A stretch of 64,000 nucleotides of DNA. Origin: a bacterium (GTDB lineage: Bacteria; UBA8248). The stretch's first letter is position 1; every line of letters starts with the position of its first letter. This document shows, piece by piece, positions 14,859 through 25,930 of the stretch. The notes under the pieces were generated by a model. The model was not told the origin of the DNA, searched no databases, and saw only the letters and a program-made list of their open reading frames with translations. A program made the translations under genes and the position numbers. Where the stretch lies: positions 3,456,001-3,520,000 of the forward strand of contig OZ241875.1 of the NCBI GenBank assembly GCA_965203325.1. The letters are read 5' to 3'.

Positions 14859-14984
14859 ACTCGATTCTCCCGTTGTCTAAACGCCGTGATGGCCTTTGAT
14901 TGAAGCGAACGATGTGCTGAAATATATGTCGTTATTCTATACTGATAAGTAACCCGAGGACTGTCAATCGGCGTCTCCCCGTGT

Positions 14985-16352
14985 TTGCGCCATCGGGTTC
15001 GCCGCGAGACAGTGTTCCCAGAGGACCCTCATATCTTCCTTCCGGAGGGTCCCGTGCAACTCGTCGAGAAAATCAGGCAAAAACGGATTCGCGCATGCGT
15101 GATGGGGTTGGGGTACGTCGGTCTCCCGCTCGCACTGGAGTTCGTGCGCGCAGGCTACCGGGTCGTCGGGCTGGATTCAGACCCCCGCCGCGTTCGCGAT
15201 CTACGAGAGGCGAAGAGCCACATTCTGGACGTTCCCTCTCAAAGCCTGGCTGAGGGGCTGGGGACGGATCGGCTGGAGTTCACCTGCGATCAGCGAGTGC
15301 TTGCGGAAGTGGATACCGTCAGCATTTGCGTTCCCACGCCGTTGGGCAAGACGGGAGACCCGGATTTGTCTTTCGTGCAATCGGCGGTCGAGAGCATCAG
15401 GCGGCACAAGCGGCGGGGACAGCTCTACGTGCTCGAGAGCACCACCTATCCGGGGGCGACCGAGGAGATCGTTCTGCCCGTTTTGTCCGGAGACGGCTGG
15501 AAGGTGGGCGAAGATTTCTACCTCGTTTTCTCGCCCGAGCGCGTGGATCCCGGCAACGAGCGATATGCCGCGAGAAACATACCGAAAGTGGTGGGCGGCG
15601 TAACGCCGAAATGCGCCGAATGCGCCTGCGCCTTGTATGAGCGCGCCGTCGCGCAAATCGTGCGGGTCGCCTCGCCCCGGGTCGCGGAGATGGTGAAACT
15701 GCTCGAAAATACGTTTCGCAGCGTCAACATCGCCCTCGTGAACGAGGTGGCGAAGATGTGCCACCTCCTCGAGGTGGATGTATGGGAGGTGATTGAAGCG
15801 GCGAAAACGAAGCCTTTCGGCTTCATGCCCTTTTACCCCGGGCCGGGTCTCGGCGGGCATTGTATTCCCGTGGACCCGGTTTATTTGTCCTGGAAGGCGC
15901 GGCAGGCGGGATTCGAGGCGAGGTTCATCGAACTGGCCGATGAGGTGAATAACTCGATGCCGCGGTTCGTCGTGGAACTCACGTCCAAGGCGCTGCGCAA
16001 GACGGGCAAGGCGATCGAGGGAGCGAGGATCCTGCTCGCGGGGGTGACGTACAAGGCGGACGTGTCCGACATCAGGGAGAGTCCCGCCCTCGACGTCTGG
16101 GTCGGTCTGGAGCGCCTCGGAGCGGTCGTTTCCTACTCGGACCCTTATGTGCCGGAAATCGACGCTCCCCCGATAAGGGCGCATTCGCGGCCCGTGAGCG
16201 CCGATTCGTTGCGTGAATACGATTGCGTGGTTGTGCTCGCGAACCACAAATCACTGGATAGAGAGTGCATCCACGCCCATGCAAACTGCATTGTGGATAC
16301 GCGCAACGCCTTTGCGGATTTGGGGCAAAACGGCCGTTTGTTCAAACTTTGA
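14985..16352 (+). CDS. Nucleotide-sugar 6-dehydrogenase (UDP-GlcNAc dehydrogenase, WbpA/WecC family)
   Basis: GLGYVGLP, CVPTP, ESTTYPG, SPERVDPG, KLLENTFR, GGHCIP; start approximate. Confidence 0.92.
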   Translation: MRHRVRRETVFPEDPHIFLPEGPVQLVEKIRQKRIRACVMGLGYVGLPLALEFVRAGYRVVGLDSDPRRVRDLREAKSHILDVPSQSLAEGLGTDRLEFTCDQRVLAEVDTVSICVPTPLGKTGDPDLSFVQSAVESIRRHKRRGQLYVLESTTYPGATEEIVLPVLSGDGWKVGEDFYLVFSPERVDPGNERYAARNIPKVVGGVTPKCAECACALYERAVAQIVRVASPRVAEMVKLLENTFRSVNIALVNEVAKMCHLLEVDVWEVIEAAKTKPFGFMPFYPGPGLGGHCIPVDPVYLSWKARQAGFEARFIELADEVNNSMPRFVVELTSKALRKTGKAIEGARILLAGVTYKADVSDIRESPALDVWVGLERLGAVVSYSDPYVPEIDAPPIRAHSRPVSADSLREYDCVVVLANHKSLDRECIHAHANCIVDTRNAFADLGQNGRLFKL

Positions 16353-16553
16353 TGCGCTCTCTTTGTGGCGATGATTTCGCATCGACGGGGTCTTTAGGCT
16401 TAGGCTATTCAAAAACAATTAGATGCGCAGTTTGCCGTCCGCTTTGAAAATTCCGCCCGAGGCGGTTGACATCGCCCGGCCATCTGGGGTTTATATACTC
16501 CTTCGTCTTCTCCAGAGAAGATTATTTGTGAGCAAAACAAGAGAAGAGAACCA

Positions 16554-17003
16554 ATGAGAATGTACCAGAAGACAGCGAGCCTCACGAAAGAGCAGGCCAA
16601 CGCCCAGCGCGGCTGGGTGCTGGTGGATGCGAAGGATCAGACCCTGGGGCGTCTCTGCACGCGCGTGGCGACGCTGCTGCGCGGGAAGCACAAGCCCGAC
16701 TGGACGCCGCACGTCGACAATGGCGAGTATGTGGTCGTCATCAATGCGGAGCGCATCGTGCTCACGGGCCGCAAGCTTTCGGACAAGAAGTATTACCGCC
16801 ACTCCGGCTACCCGGGGCATCTCAAGGAAATAAGCGCGGGGCGCATGCTGGAAACGCACCCCGAGCGCGTGATAGAACGCGCCGTGCGGGGCATGTTGCC
16901 CAAAAACAAGCTGGGGCGCTCCTTGCTGCAAAAGCTCAAGGTATATGCGGGCGACAAGCACCCGCATGAGGCGCAGCAGCCCGAAGCGATTCAGTTGGAC
17001 TGA
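16554..17003 (+). CDS. rplM: 50S ribosomal protein L13
   Basis: [24 protein letters not shown]. Confidence 0.98.
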   Translation: MRMYQKTASLTKEQANAQRGWVLVDAKDQTLGRLCTRVATLLRGKHKPDWTPHVDNGEYVVVINAERIVLTGRKLSDKKYYRHSGYPGHLKEISAGRMLETHPERVIERAVRGMLPKNKLGRSLLQKLKVYAGDKHPHEAQQPEAIQLD

Positions 17004-17028
17004 ATTCCAAGAGGTTTATGAAGCAGAC

Positions 17029-17424
17029 ATGGCCACGATACCGAAGCACTACGCCACGGGAAAACGCAAAACGGCCGTCGCGCGCGTCTGGATAGAGCCC
17101 GGCGACGGCAGGATCCTGGTAAACAACACGCCTGCGGACGAGTATTTCCTCCGCGACACCTCGCTCATGGTGATTAAGCAGCCCTTCGAGTTGACTGAAA
17201 CCTGGGGCAGCTACGACGTGCGGGCAACCGTGAAGGGCGGGGGACTCACCGGTCAGGCGGGCGCCGTTCGTCACGGGATTTCAAAAGCCCTGCTGAGCGT
17301 GGACCCGGCATTTCGGACGATTCTCAAGAAAGCGGGTCTCATCACGCGCGATTCCCGTGTCAAAGAGCGCAAAAAATACGGTTTGAAAGGCGCGCGCAAG
17401 AGCTTCCAGTTCTCCAAGCGCTAA
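17029..17424 (+). CDS. rpsI: 30S ribosomal protein S9
   Basis: [32 protein letters not shown]. Confidence 0.98.
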   Translation: MATIPKHYATGKRKTAVARVWIEPGDGRILVNNTPADEYFLRDTSLMVIKQPFELTETWGSYDVRATVKGGGLTGQAGAVRHGISKALLSVDPAFRTILKKAGLITRDSRVKERKKYGLKGARKSFQFSKR

Positions 17425-17443
17425 CCACTGCGGTGGTCGATTC

Positions 17444-17472
17444 GGGGGCTGGCTTTGCCGGCCCCTTTTTTT
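17444..17472 (+). terminator. Rho-independent terminator after rpsI
   Basis: GGGGCTGGC-TTT-GCCGGCCCC followed by T7. Confidence 0.8.
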
Positions 17473-17554
17473 GTGCGAAAAAATGAATTGTGGTGGATAC
17501 TTGCTCTGATGAGGGTTGGACGCGAAGAGCTTAAGGATTCTGGAGGATAAGGAG

Positions 17555-18592
17555 ATGCCGAAAATCGCCGTGGTGGGCGCCACGGGATATACGGGTTTTG
17601 AATTGTTGAGGCTCCTCGGATCGCACGGGGGTGTGGAGGTGGTGGCCCTCACGTCCGAAACCTATGCCGGTCAGGGGGTGGATGAGGTGTTTCCCGCGTT
17701 CTCTTCCGTTCATGGCGGTACGCTCGTGAAGTTCGAACTCGCCGTCTGCGAGGGAGCCGACGTCGTATTCTGCTGCCTGCCCCACCGGGTGGCGATGAAC
17801 ACCGTGCCTTCCCTGTTGGAGGCCGGTCATCGGGTGGTGGATTTTTCCGCCGATTACCGCCTGCGGGATTTCGGCGTTTATGAAGCCTGGTACAAGACGG
17901 AGCACACTTCGCCGGAAAGGATAGCGGATGCCGTATACGGGGTGCCCGAGCTATACCGGGAGGAGATCAAAAAGGCGCGCCTCGTCGCGAACCCGGGTTG
18001 CTACCCCACGGGAGCGATTCTGGCCCTGGCCCCGCTTTTGAGGGCGAGGCTCATCAGGCCGGACTCCATCATTGTGGATGCGAAATCAGGCGTTTCGGGT
18101 GCAGGAAGAAAAGCGGACCTGAGCCTTCAGTTTGGCGAGGTGAACGAGGGCTTCAAGGCCTATGGCGTGGGAAACCATCGCCATACGCCCGAGATCGAGC
18201 AGGAGTTGTCCGTCGCTCTCGGGGAGTCCGTGCAGGTTTCCTTCACGCCGCATCTGGCGCCCATGACACGGGGGATTCTCTCGACCATCTACGCCGAGGG
18301 CGAGGGCGGCGCGGACGCCTCGGCGGTTCGGGCGGCGCTGCGCGACGCCTATGCGGATGAGCCGTTCATCCGCCTGATGCCCGAGGGCGCGTTTCCCAAC
18401 GTGACGCAGGTGGCCGGCTCGAACTATGTGGACATCGGCCTGACGCACGATGAACGCACCTCGCGCTTCATCATTGTCGCGGCGATAGACAACTTGGTGA
18501 AAGGAGCATCAGGGGCGGCGGTGCAGAACATGAACCTGATGCTGGGGCTTCCCGAGACGCAAGGTCTCCTGCATCCGGGATTTTGGATGTAA
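17555..18592 (+). CDS. argC: N-acetyl-gamma-glutamyl-phosphate reductase
   Basis: GATGYTG, ANPGCYPT, SGVSGAGR, HRHTPE, DNLVKGASG; RBS AAGGAG. Confidence 0.97.
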   Translation: MPKIAVVGATGYTGFELLRLLGSHGGVEVVALTSETYAGQGVDEVFPAFSSVHGGTLVKFELAVCEGADVVFCCLPHRVAMNTVPSLLEAGHRVVDFSADYRLRDFGVYEAWYKTEHTSPERIADAVYGVPELYREEIKKARLVANPGCYPTGAILALAPLLRARLIRPDSIIVDAKSGVSGAGRKADLSLQFGEVNEGFKAYGVGNHRHTPEIEQELSVALGESVQVSFTPHLAPMTRGILSTIYAEGEGGADASAVRAALRDAYADEPFIRLMPEGAFPNVTQVAGSNYVDIGLTHDERTSRFIIVAAIDNLVKGASGAAVQNMNLMLGLPETQGLLHPGFWM

Positions 18593-18609
18593 GCGAAAAA
18601 TAAGGGGTC

Positions 18610-19830
18610 TTGGTTGTGAGTGAAAAAGACTACATTCAGGCGATTGAGGGCGGTGTTTGCGCGGCCGAGGGAGTCCGCGCCGCTTCGGTGACGGCGGGCA
18701 TCAAGCCGTCTGGCAATCCGGATATGGTGCTGCTCGCTTTCGACCCCCCGGCCGCCGCCGCGGGCGTCTACACCCGGAACAAGATGTGTGCCGCTCCCGT
18801 CACCCTGTGCAGGGAGCGGGTCGGAAAATCGCCTTTGCGGGCGTTTCTCGTCAACAGCGGCAACGCGAACGCCTGCACGGGCGAGCAGGGCTATCGAGAC
18901 GCCGTGAGCCTTTGCGGCGAAGTGGCGGATGCGCTCGACTGCCCGGAAGCGCAGGTCGCCATGTCCTCCACCGGACTCATCGGTGCTCCACTCCCGGTGG
19001 AACTCATGAAGTCCCAAATCGCCAACCTGGTGTCCGGTCTTTCGGTGGAGGGCGGACACGATGCGGCGGTGGGCATCATGACGACCGACACGCGGCCCAA
19101 GGAGTACGCCGTTCGGGTGAACGCGGAAGAAGGCGTTTTCCACGTCGGCGGCATCACCAAGGGGGCCGGCATGATCGCCCCCGACATGGCGACCATGCTC
19201 GCATACGTCGCCACCGACGCCGTTGTTTCGCAAGGCGACCTCCAGGCCATCCTGCGGGCCGTCGTACGCAAGACGTTCAACTGCGTCACGATCGACGGCG
19301 ACACCTCTACGAACGACACGGTGATTCTGGCCGCCACGGGCGCATCCGGCGTGGCGCTCGAATCGGAGGAAGCCCTGGCGCGGTTCGAAGCGGGGCTTCA
19401 CCGGGTATGCAAGGAATTGGCCCTGGCCATCGTTCGCGACGGCGAGGGAGTGAACAAGGTGGTGGAGGTGAAAATCACGGGCGCGGCCAGCGAGGAGCAG
19501 GCGCATCTGGCCGCCAAATCTGTTTCCGAGAGCCTGTTGGTGAAGACGGCCATTCATGGCGAGATGCCCAACTGGGGCCGGATGTTCGCGGCGGCCGGCT
19601 ACAGCGGCGCGGATGTGGCGCCCGAGAGGATGTCGCTGAAATTCGAGGATGTGGAAGTCATGCGCGACGGCGCGCCCGTCCCGGGCTGGGCCGATTCCCT
19701 GGCGCCTCTGCTCAAACAGCCCGAATACGGCCTCGAACTGGGCCTGGGAGTCGGTGATGCGGAGGCCGTTTTCTGGACGACGGATCTGAGCGCGGATTAC
19801 GTGCGCTTCAACGCGGACTACAAGACGTGA
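18610..19830 (+). CDS. argJ: Bifunctional ornithine acetyltransferase
   Basis: NSGNANACTG, IMTTDT, KGAGMIAPDMATML, DGDTSTND. Confidence 0.97.
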   Translation: MVVSEKDYIQAIEGGVCAAEGVRAASVTAGIKPSGNPDMVLLAFDPPAAAAGVYTRNKMCAAPVTLCRERVGKSPLRAFLVNSGNANACTGEQGYRDAVSLCGEVADALDCPEAQVAMSSTGLIGAPLPVELMKSQIANLVSGLSVEGGHDAAVGIMTTDTRPKEYAVRVNAEEGVFHVGGITKGAGMIAPDMATMLAYVATDAVVSQGDLQAILRAVVRKTFNCVTIDGDTSTNDTVILAATGASGVALESEEALARFEAGLHRVCKELALAIVRDGEGVNKVVEVKITGAASEEQAHLAAKSVSESLLVKTAIHGEMPNWGRMFAAAGYSGADVAPERMSLKFEDVEVMRDGAPVPGWADSLAPLLKQPEYGLELGLGVGDAEAVFWTTDLSADYVRFNADYKT

Positions 19831-19960
19831 ACGCTTTTGATTCGGCGACTTGAATCGTCCGGGTTCTTGTGAGACATTCCATCCGCCGAACGATGGCGGA
19901 CGCCGTGGCGGTGGAGCCGGTCGGCGAATTACTCGAATAAAATCAATTGCTTGAAAATTC

Positions 19961-20026
19961 GGCCTCATCCGCCAGGAGGCCGGCAGGGCCCCCCTCGATG
20001 AAAGGCGGGGCAAAAGGAGTCTTGTC
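19961..20026 (+). promoter_or_regulatory. Possible structured rpsB 5' leader
   Basis: Hairpins GGCCTC..GAGGCC and GCCCC..GGGGC just upstream of the AAGGAG RBS; rpsB leaders are often autoregulatory. Confidence 0.3.
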
Positions 20027-20821
20027 GTGAACCCGATTACATTGCGAGAGTTGCTCGAAGCCGGCGCCCACTTCGGGCACCAGACCATCCGGTGGAACCC
20101 CAAGATGCGCCCTTATATTTTCGGCGCGCGGAACGGGATTTACATCATCGACCTTCAAAAAACCCTCAAGTTGTTCAACGCGGCCCGGGAGGTGATTCGC
20201 GACATCGCGGCCAAGGGCGGCAAGGTGCTTTTCGTGGGAACGAAACAACAGGCTCAGGAAATCGTGATGGAAGAGGCCCGGAACGTGGGGATGCCCTTCG
20301 TCACCCAGCGCTGGCTCGGCGGGACGCTCACGAATTTCCAGACGATTAAAAACTCCATCGCGCGCCTTCTCGATCTGGAATCAATGAAGAACGACGGCAC
20401 CTTCGAGCTTTTGGCGAAAAAAGAGGCCGTCAGGCGCGAGAAGGACATGGCGCGGCTCGAGAAGTTTCTGGGCGGCATCAAGCATATGGACAAGCTGCCG
20501 CAGGCGATGTTCGTCATCGATACGGGTCATGAGTACAACGCCATTCGCGAAGCCAAAAAACTGGGTATTCCCGTTATCGCGGTGGTGGATACGAATTGCG
20601 ATCCCGACGGGGTGGACCACATCTTGCCGGGCAATGACGACGCTTTGCGCTCGATTCGCTTCTTCGTGTCGCGGGTGGCGGAGGCTATCGCCGAAGGAGT
20701 CACCCTGCGCAAGGAGACGGGGGCCGAGGACGTCGAAGCCGTCGTCGCCTCGGGCGACGCGGTAGCGGCCGAGATGATGGCGGCGGCTGCAAGCGAAGCG
20801 GAAACGAAAGCGGAAGGATAA
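20027..20821 (+). CDS. rpsB: 30S ribosomal protein S2
   Basis: [35 protein letters not shown]. Confidence 0.98.
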   Translation: MNPITLRELLEAGAHFGHQTIRWNPKMRPYIFGARNGIYIIDLQKTLKLFNAAREVIRDIAAKGGKVLFVGTKQQAQEIVMEEARNVGMPFVTQRWLGGTLTNFQTIKNSIARLLDLESMKNDGTFELLAKKEAVRREKDMARLEKFLGGIKHMDKLPQAMFVIDTGHEYNAIREAKKLGIPVIAVVDTNCDPDGVDHILPGNDDALRSIRFFVSRVAEAIAEGVTLRKETGAEDVEAVVASGDAVAAEMMAAAASEAETKAEG

Positions 20822-20867
20822 CCATTACTTTTTCGACAGCCGGATTTCATGAGGAGAGATTCAGGGC

Positions 20868-21737
20868 ATGGAAGTAACCGCTCAGATGGTCAAGGAATTG
20901 AGGACCCGCACCGGTGCGGGCATCATGGATTGCAAGGAAGCCCTCAAGGAGAATGAGGGAAATTTTGAGGAGGCGGTCCGCTATTTGCGGGAAAAAGGGC
21001 TTTCCAGCGCCGCCAAGAAGGCAGGGCGCGCGGCGAGCGAAGGCCAGGTATACGCTTCTCTCGGAGAAGGCGGACGCATGGGCGTCATCGTCGAGGTGAA
21101 TTGCGAGACTGATTTCGTGGCGCGGACGGAGGATTTTCGGGCGCTTCTCGACACCGTCGCGAGCCACGTGAAAGACAATGGGGAGGGCAATCTCGCCGAA
21201 GCGCTCAAAGAGGTGACGACGGAGGCAATCGCCAAGCTGGGCGAGAACATCGTCGTCGCTCGCGGAGAGCGCATCGCTTTGGGAGATAACGACTCGGGCA
21301 AGGTGGTTTCCTATATCCACCCGGGCGGGCGGATCGGCGTCTTGCTTGAGGTGGGCTGTGAAACGTCCGAGAGGGCGGACGATGCCGCATTCGGTGAAAC
21401 GGCGCGTGATCTGGCGATGCACATTGCGGCGAGCAGCCCCCAGTTCCTCTCCGAAGATCGGATACCAGAGGTGGTTCTTCAAAGCGAGCGTGAGATTCTT
21501 CTGGCCCAGCAGAAGGATTCCGGAAAGCCCGAGAACATTTTGGAGAAAATCGTCGAAGGACGCATCAACAAATACAAAAAAGAGATTTGCCTGCTCGATC
21601 AACCGTTCGTCAAGGACACCGACAAGACGGTTCAGGCGTATCTCAAGGACAAGAGCGCGGAGTTGGGCGAGGAAATCCGGGTTTCTTCCTGGTCTCGCTT
21701 CCAACTCGGCGAGCTTTCCGCGTCGGAGGAAAGGTAA
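20868..21737 (+). CDS. tsf: Elongation factor Ts
   Basis: [33 protein letters not shown]. Confidence 0.98.
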   Translation: MEVTAQMVKELRTRTGAGIMDCKEALKENEGNFEEAVRYLREKGLSSAAKKAGRAASEGQVYASLGEGGRMGVIVEVNCETDFVARTEDFRALLDTVASHVKDNGEGNLAEALKEVTTEAIAKLGENIVVARGERIALGDNDSGKVVSYIHPGGRIGVLLEVGCETSERADDAAFGETARDLAMHIAASSPQFLSEDRIPEVVLQSEREILLAQQKDSGKPENILEKIVEGRINKYKKEICLLDQPFVKDTDKTVQAYLKDKSAELGEEIRVSSWSRFQLGELSASEER

Positions 21738-21798
21738 GCTCTCCAACGCGTCATTCGCGCCGCCCGCTGTCATTGGCTTGAATATTCTGGGGATGTCC

Positions 21799-22527
21799 AT
21801 GTGCGGCGACCTTCGATTCAAGAGAATCCTGCTTAAACTCTCGGGAGAGGCCCTGGGGGGAGAACTCAAGTACGGGATCGACCACAACGTCGTTGACGAC
21901 ATAGCGCAGGAAATCAAAGAAATCCACCGGATGGGAGTCGAAGTCACCATCGTCGTGGGTGGAGGGAACATCTTTCGGGGGGCCGCCGCCGCCGCCGCCG
22001 GAATGGAACGCACCAACGCAGACTACATGGGCATGCTCGGCACGGTCATCAACGCCCTGGCTCTTCAACACGCGCTCGAAAAGGCGGACCTCACCACACG
22101 CGTCCAAAGCGCCATTCACATGGCTGAATTGTGCGAGCCCTACATCAGAAGGCGTGCGATACGCCACATGGAAAAAGGACGGGTCGTCATCTTCGCCGGC
22201 GGCACCGGAAACCCCTATTTCACGACGGATACCACCGCCAGCCTCAGAGCCATTGAGGTGGGTGCCGAATGCATTCTCAAGGCCACGAACGTGGATGGCG
22301 TTTTCTCCGCCGACCCCCATCAGGACGATACGGCCGAGTTCATCGACCAGTTGACGTATATCGAGGTGCTCAATCGCCAGCTCGCCGTCATGGACACCAC
22401 CGCCGTGAGCTTGTGCATGGATAACAATTTGCCCATTATTGTCTTTAACCTGCTCAAGCCCGGCAACATTCGCCGTGTCGTGGAGGGAGAGCAGGTAGGG
22501 ACTTTGGTGAAGGCCGCTGAAGGTTGA
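21799..22527 (+). CDS. pyrH: UMP kinase
   Basis: [27 protein letters not shown]; start at 21793 or 21799. Confidence 0.97.
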   Translation: MCGDLRFKRILLKLSGEALGGELKYGIDHNVVDDIAQEIKEIHRMGVEVTIVVGGGNIFRGAAAAAAGMERTNADYMGMLGTVINALALQHALEKADLTTRVQSAIHMAELCEPYIRRRAIRHMEKGRVVIFAGGTGNPYFTTDTTASLRAIEVGAECILKATNVDGVFSADPHQDDTAEFIDQLTYIEVLNRQLAVMDTTAVSLCMDNNLPIIVFNLLKPGNIRRVVEGEQVGTLVKAAEG

Positions 22528-22599
22528 TGCGGTGCGAATGAGACTTCGGCGAAGGGTGTATAATGATCATGTTGAGCTTCCAGCAGGGAGAGATGGTCG

Positions 22600-23154
22600 A
22601 TGGATGAGGTTCTAGCTGCGCTAAGGAAGAGAATGCAGTCCACGGTGGAATCATACAAGTCAGAAATCGCCCGCGTGCGAACCGGCCGCGCTTCCACGAA
22701 TCTCATCAGTGGCGTGATGGTCGACTACTATGGAGCGCCGACGCCGCTGAACCAACTCGCCACCCTGAACGTACCCGAGCCCCAACTCATCATCGTTCAG
22801 CCTTTCGACATCAACTCGTTGGGCGACATTGAAAAGGCGATTCAATCGGCGGAGTTGGGCCTGAACCCGTCGAACGACGGCAAGATCATCCGCGTGCCGG
22901 TGCCGGCGCTCACGGAGGAGCGCCGCAAGGAGATGGTGAAACTGCTCAAGAAGATGACCGAAGAGCATAAGGTCGCGCTTCGCAACATTCGTCGCGATGG
23001 CAACGATGACATGAAAAACCTCGAGAAAAACAAAGAGATTACCGAGGACGACCTCAGGAAAGGGCAGGGAGATGTCCAGAAGCTGACGGATCGGTTCGTC
23101 TCGGATTTGGATGATTTGCTTTCAGCCAAAGAGAAAGAGATTCTGGAGGTCTAG
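22600..23154 (+). CDS. frr: Ribosome recycling factor
   Basis: RTGRA, VDYYG, LTEERRKE, RNIRRD. Confidence 0.97.
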   Translation: MDEVLAALRKRMQSTVESYKSEIARVRTGRASTNLISGVMVDYYGAPTPLNQLATLNVPEPQLIIVQPFDINSLGDIEKAIQSAELGLNPSNDGKIIRVPVPALTEERRKEMVKLLKKMTEEHKVALRNIRRDGNDDMKNLEKNKEITEDDLRKGQGDVQKLTDRFVSDLDDLLSAKEKEILEV

Positions 23155-23172
23155 TTTTTCAACGGAGCGCCT

Positions 23173-23931
23173 ATGGAATCCCGCATCGACCCACACATCG
23201 ATCTTGAGCGCCTCCCCCGCCATATCGGCATTATCATGGATGGCAACGGCCGTTGGGCTCAGAAACGGTTTCTCCCCCGGGTCGCCGGCCACCGCGAGGG
23301 CGTGAAGTCGGTCGACAAGGTCGTGGCGCATGCGCGCCGCATCGGCATCAAGGCCCTTACTCTCTACAGCTTCTCTCTGGAAAACTGGAACAGACCCAAA
23401 GACGAAGTCGACGCGCTCATGGACATTCTGGCGGATTACCTCGAGCGTGAGCTTCAAAGGATGCTCCGGGAGGGGATCCGTTTCAATACGATCGGGCACG
23501 AGGAGGATTTGCCCCTGTTTGCGCAGGAGATTGTTCGTCGCGTAAGGGAGCAAACGGCTGATCAGGACGGAATGGTTCTGACGCTGGCGCTCAGCTACGG
23601 CGCGCGGCGCGAAATCACCGACGCCGCTAGAGCCTTATCCAAAGAAGTTCAAAAGGGAATTCTGCAGCCCGAAGAAATCGATGAGAGTGACATCGAGCGC
23701 CATTTGTATACGGCGGATTTGCCCACACTCGACCTCTTGATTCGAACCAGCGGCGAACTGAGGCTCTCGAACTATCTGCTCTGGCAGGCGGCGTATGCGG
23801 AGCTTTATTTCACCGATATCAAATGGCCGGAATTCGGAGAGCGCGATCTCGAAGACGCCATTCTCGCATATCAGTCCCGTGTGCGGAAATTCGGTCTCAC
23901 CGAGGAGCAGTTCACGACTCGGAGAAACTAG
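23173..23931 (+). CDS. uppS: Undecaprenyl diphosphate synthase
   Basis: HIGIIMDGNGRW, FSLENW.RP, IRTSGELRLSNYLLWQ. Confidence 0.97.
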   Translation: MESRIDPHIDLERLPRHIGIIMDGNGRWAQKRFLPRVAGHREGVKSVDKVVAHARRIGIKALTLYSFSLENWNRPKDEVDALMDILADYLERELQRMLREGIRFNTIGHEEDLPLFAQEIVRRVREQTADQDGMVLTLALSYGARREITDAARALSKEVQKGILQPEEIDESDIERHLYTADLPTLDLLIRTSGELRLSNYLLWQAAYAELYFTDIKWPEFGERDLEDAILAYQSRVRKFGLTEEQFTTRRN

Positions 23932-23934
23932 GTT

Positions 23935-24726
23935 TTGACCCGCCTCCTGAGCGCCCTGGTGCTTGCGGCGCCCATCCTCGCCGTTTTGTTTTTTGCTTCC
24001 TCTGCGGTATTTCTCTGCGTGGTGGTTCTGCTCGTTTTTCGCGCAGGCTGGGAATTCCAGACCCTTGTCAGCCTTTGTGGGTGGCGCGTGAGAGCATGGG
24101 AAGGAGCGCTGGATGCTTGTGCTTTTGTGCTCGCCGTGTGGGTGGGCGGCGTTTTGCCGGCGTTGGTCCTCGTGGTGATTCTCCTTCGTGTTTTCCTCAA
24201 GGCGTTTTCCAGAGAGACTTTTCGGGAAAGCCTCGCCATGACGAGTGTGTCGCTTCTCGGTGTGATTTGGGTGGGCGGTGCCGGTGGCTTGATCGCGCTT
24301 GTCAGAACTTTCCCGGGTGGTATAGAGGCCATCTTCTTTTTGTTCATCGTCGTCTGGGCGAATGATATCGCGGCGATGTTCACCGGCAAGACGTTGGGAA
24401 ACAGGAAATTGGCACCTAAAATCAGCCCCGGAAAGACGGTGGAAGGGGCAATTGGAGGAATCGTCGCCGGTACCCTCGTGGGTGTCCTCACGACGTTTTA
24501 TATGGATGTTCCCGGGATTGACCCATGGCTCGCGATTCCTGTTTCGGTATGTATCGGGCTGTTCGCCCTGACAGGGGATTTGGGTGAATCGATCTTGAAG
24601 CGCGCGGCCGGAGAGAAAGACGCGTCCGACATCATCCCCGGCCATGGGGGTCTGCTCGATAGGATTGATGGTTTGCTCGTGGCGGGTCCTGCGTTTTACT
24701 GTTACTTGTACTGGGTACGGTTCTAA
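23935..24726 (+). CDS. cdsA: Phosphatidate cytidylyltransferase
   Basis: ISPGKTVEG, GDLGESILKR, PGHGGLLDRID. Confidence 0.95.
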   Translation: MTRLLSALVLAAPILAVLFFASSAVFLCVVVLLVFRAGWEFQTLVSLCGWRVRAWEGALDACAFVLAVWVGGVLPALVLVVILLRVFLKAFSRETFRESLAMTSVSLLGVIWVGGAGGLIALVRTFPGGIEAIFFLFIVVWANDIAAMFTGKTLGNRKLAPKISPGKTVEGAIGGIVAGTLVGVLTTFYMDVPGIDPWLAIPVSVCIGLFALTGDLGESILKRAAGEKDASDIIPGHGGLLDRIDGLLVAGPAFYCYLYWVRF

Positions 24727-24755
24727 GTCACCGCGAATCGGGAGTGAGCCGGAAA

Positions 24756-25925
24756 ATGGCGCCGCGAAAAATTGCCATACTGGGTTCTACAGGCAGCATC
24801 GGGGCAAACGCCCTCGATGTCGTGGCGCAATTTCCCGAAAGAATCGATGTGGTGGCGCTTGCCGCCGGCAGAAACTGGAAGCGGCTCGTGGAGCAGGCGA
24901 GGCAGTTTCGGCCCGAGGTTGTATCCGTGGCAGAAGATGCGGACGCGGCGCGTATTCAGGATGCGCTCCCTCCCGAAACCAGGTTGCTTTCGGGGGAGGA
25001 GGGTTTGCGGGAGGTGGCAGCGGGCGCGGGCGCGAGTCTGGTGGTTTCCGCGTTGGTGGGCGCAGCGGGGCTCCCGCCGACGCTGGCCGCCATCGACGTG
25101 GGCGCCTCGATTGCGCTGGCGAACAAGGAAGTGCTCGTCATGGCGGGAGAGCTGGTGACGTCGCGCGTTTCGGATCGGGAAGTCGAACTGCTCCCCGTAG
25201 ACAGCGAGCATGCGGGCGTCGCGCAAGCGCTGGCCGACAGGCCGCAGTCCCAGGTGGAGCGGATCGTGCTTACGGCATCGGGCGGTCCTTTCCGGAACCA
25301 TTCGATCGAGGCGATGAAGAACGTATCCCTGGAAGAGGCGTTGAACCACCCGAACTGGAAGATGGGCCCCAAGATTACGATTGATTCCGCATCCATGATG
25401 AACAAGGGTCTTGAAATCATCGAGGCGCGCTGGCTGTTCGGTCTGAAGCCGGAACAGGTGGACGTGCTGGTTCACCCGCAGAGCATCGTGCATGCCATGG
25501 TGGAGTTCGTCGACGGGAGTTTCGTGGCGCAAATGAGCATGCCCGACATGCGGATTCCCATCGCGCAGGCCATTTTCTCTCCGGATAGGTTGGCCATCGA
25601 GGCGCCGAAGCTTGATTTGGCGCAAGTCGGCTCCCTGACGTTCGAAGCGCCGGACCCGGAGCGTTTTCCCTGCCTCACTCATGCGAAAGACGCAATGCGC
25701 GAAGGGGGCACGGCGCCCGCCGTTCTCAATGCGGCGAACGAGGTGGCCGTCGCCTCGTTTTTGTCGGGCGCATCGAAATTCATGGATATTCCCGATGTCG
25801 TGGGGGCTGCGCTGGAGGCGCACGAAAACATGGAGGCGGATGATTTGGGGGCGATCCTGGAAGCGGATCGGTGGGCGAGAGAGTACGCCTCCTCGCGTCT
25901 GAACGGAACCGCCGCAAGCCACTAG
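24756..25925 (+). CDS. dxr: 1-deoxy-D-xylulose 5-phosphate reductoisomerase
   Basis: GSTGSIG, LANKE, PVDSEH, HPNWKMGPKITIDSA. Confidence 0.97.
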   Translation: MAPRKIAILGSTGSIGANALDVVAQFPERIDVVALAAGRNWKRLVEQARQFRPEVVSVAEDADAARIQDALPPETRLLSGEEGLREVAAGAGASLVVSALVGAAGLPPTLAAIDVGASIALANKEVLVMAGELVTSRVSDREVELLPVDSEHAGVAQALADRPQSQVERIVLTASGGPFRNHSIEAMKNVSLEEALNHPNWKMGPKITIDSASMMNKGLEIIEARWLFGLKPEQVDVLVHPQSIVHAMVEFVDGSFVAQMSMPDMRIPIAQAIFSPDRLAIEAPKLDLAQVGSLTFEAPDPERFPCLTHAKDAMREGGTAPAVLNAANEVAVASFLSGASKFMDIPDVVGAALEAHENMEADDLGAILEADRWAREYASSRLNGTAASH

Positions 25926-25930
25926 AATCC

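Noticed and set aside
16466..16499. Canonical rplM promoter
   Set aside because: TTGACA and TATACT are both present but 22 bp apart, so they cannot be confidently paired
17555..19830. argC-argJ embedded among ribosomal genes as a novelty
   Set aside because: rplM-rpsI-argC linkage is familiar in several bacterial groups, and a terminator separates rpsI from argC
21346..21798. N-terminal extensions in the ORF track for pyrH, guaB, guaA, rnhB, ffh, the PASTA gene and the response regulator
   Set aside because: The extensions overlap upstream genes or promoters and lack family similarity; downstream starts were preferred
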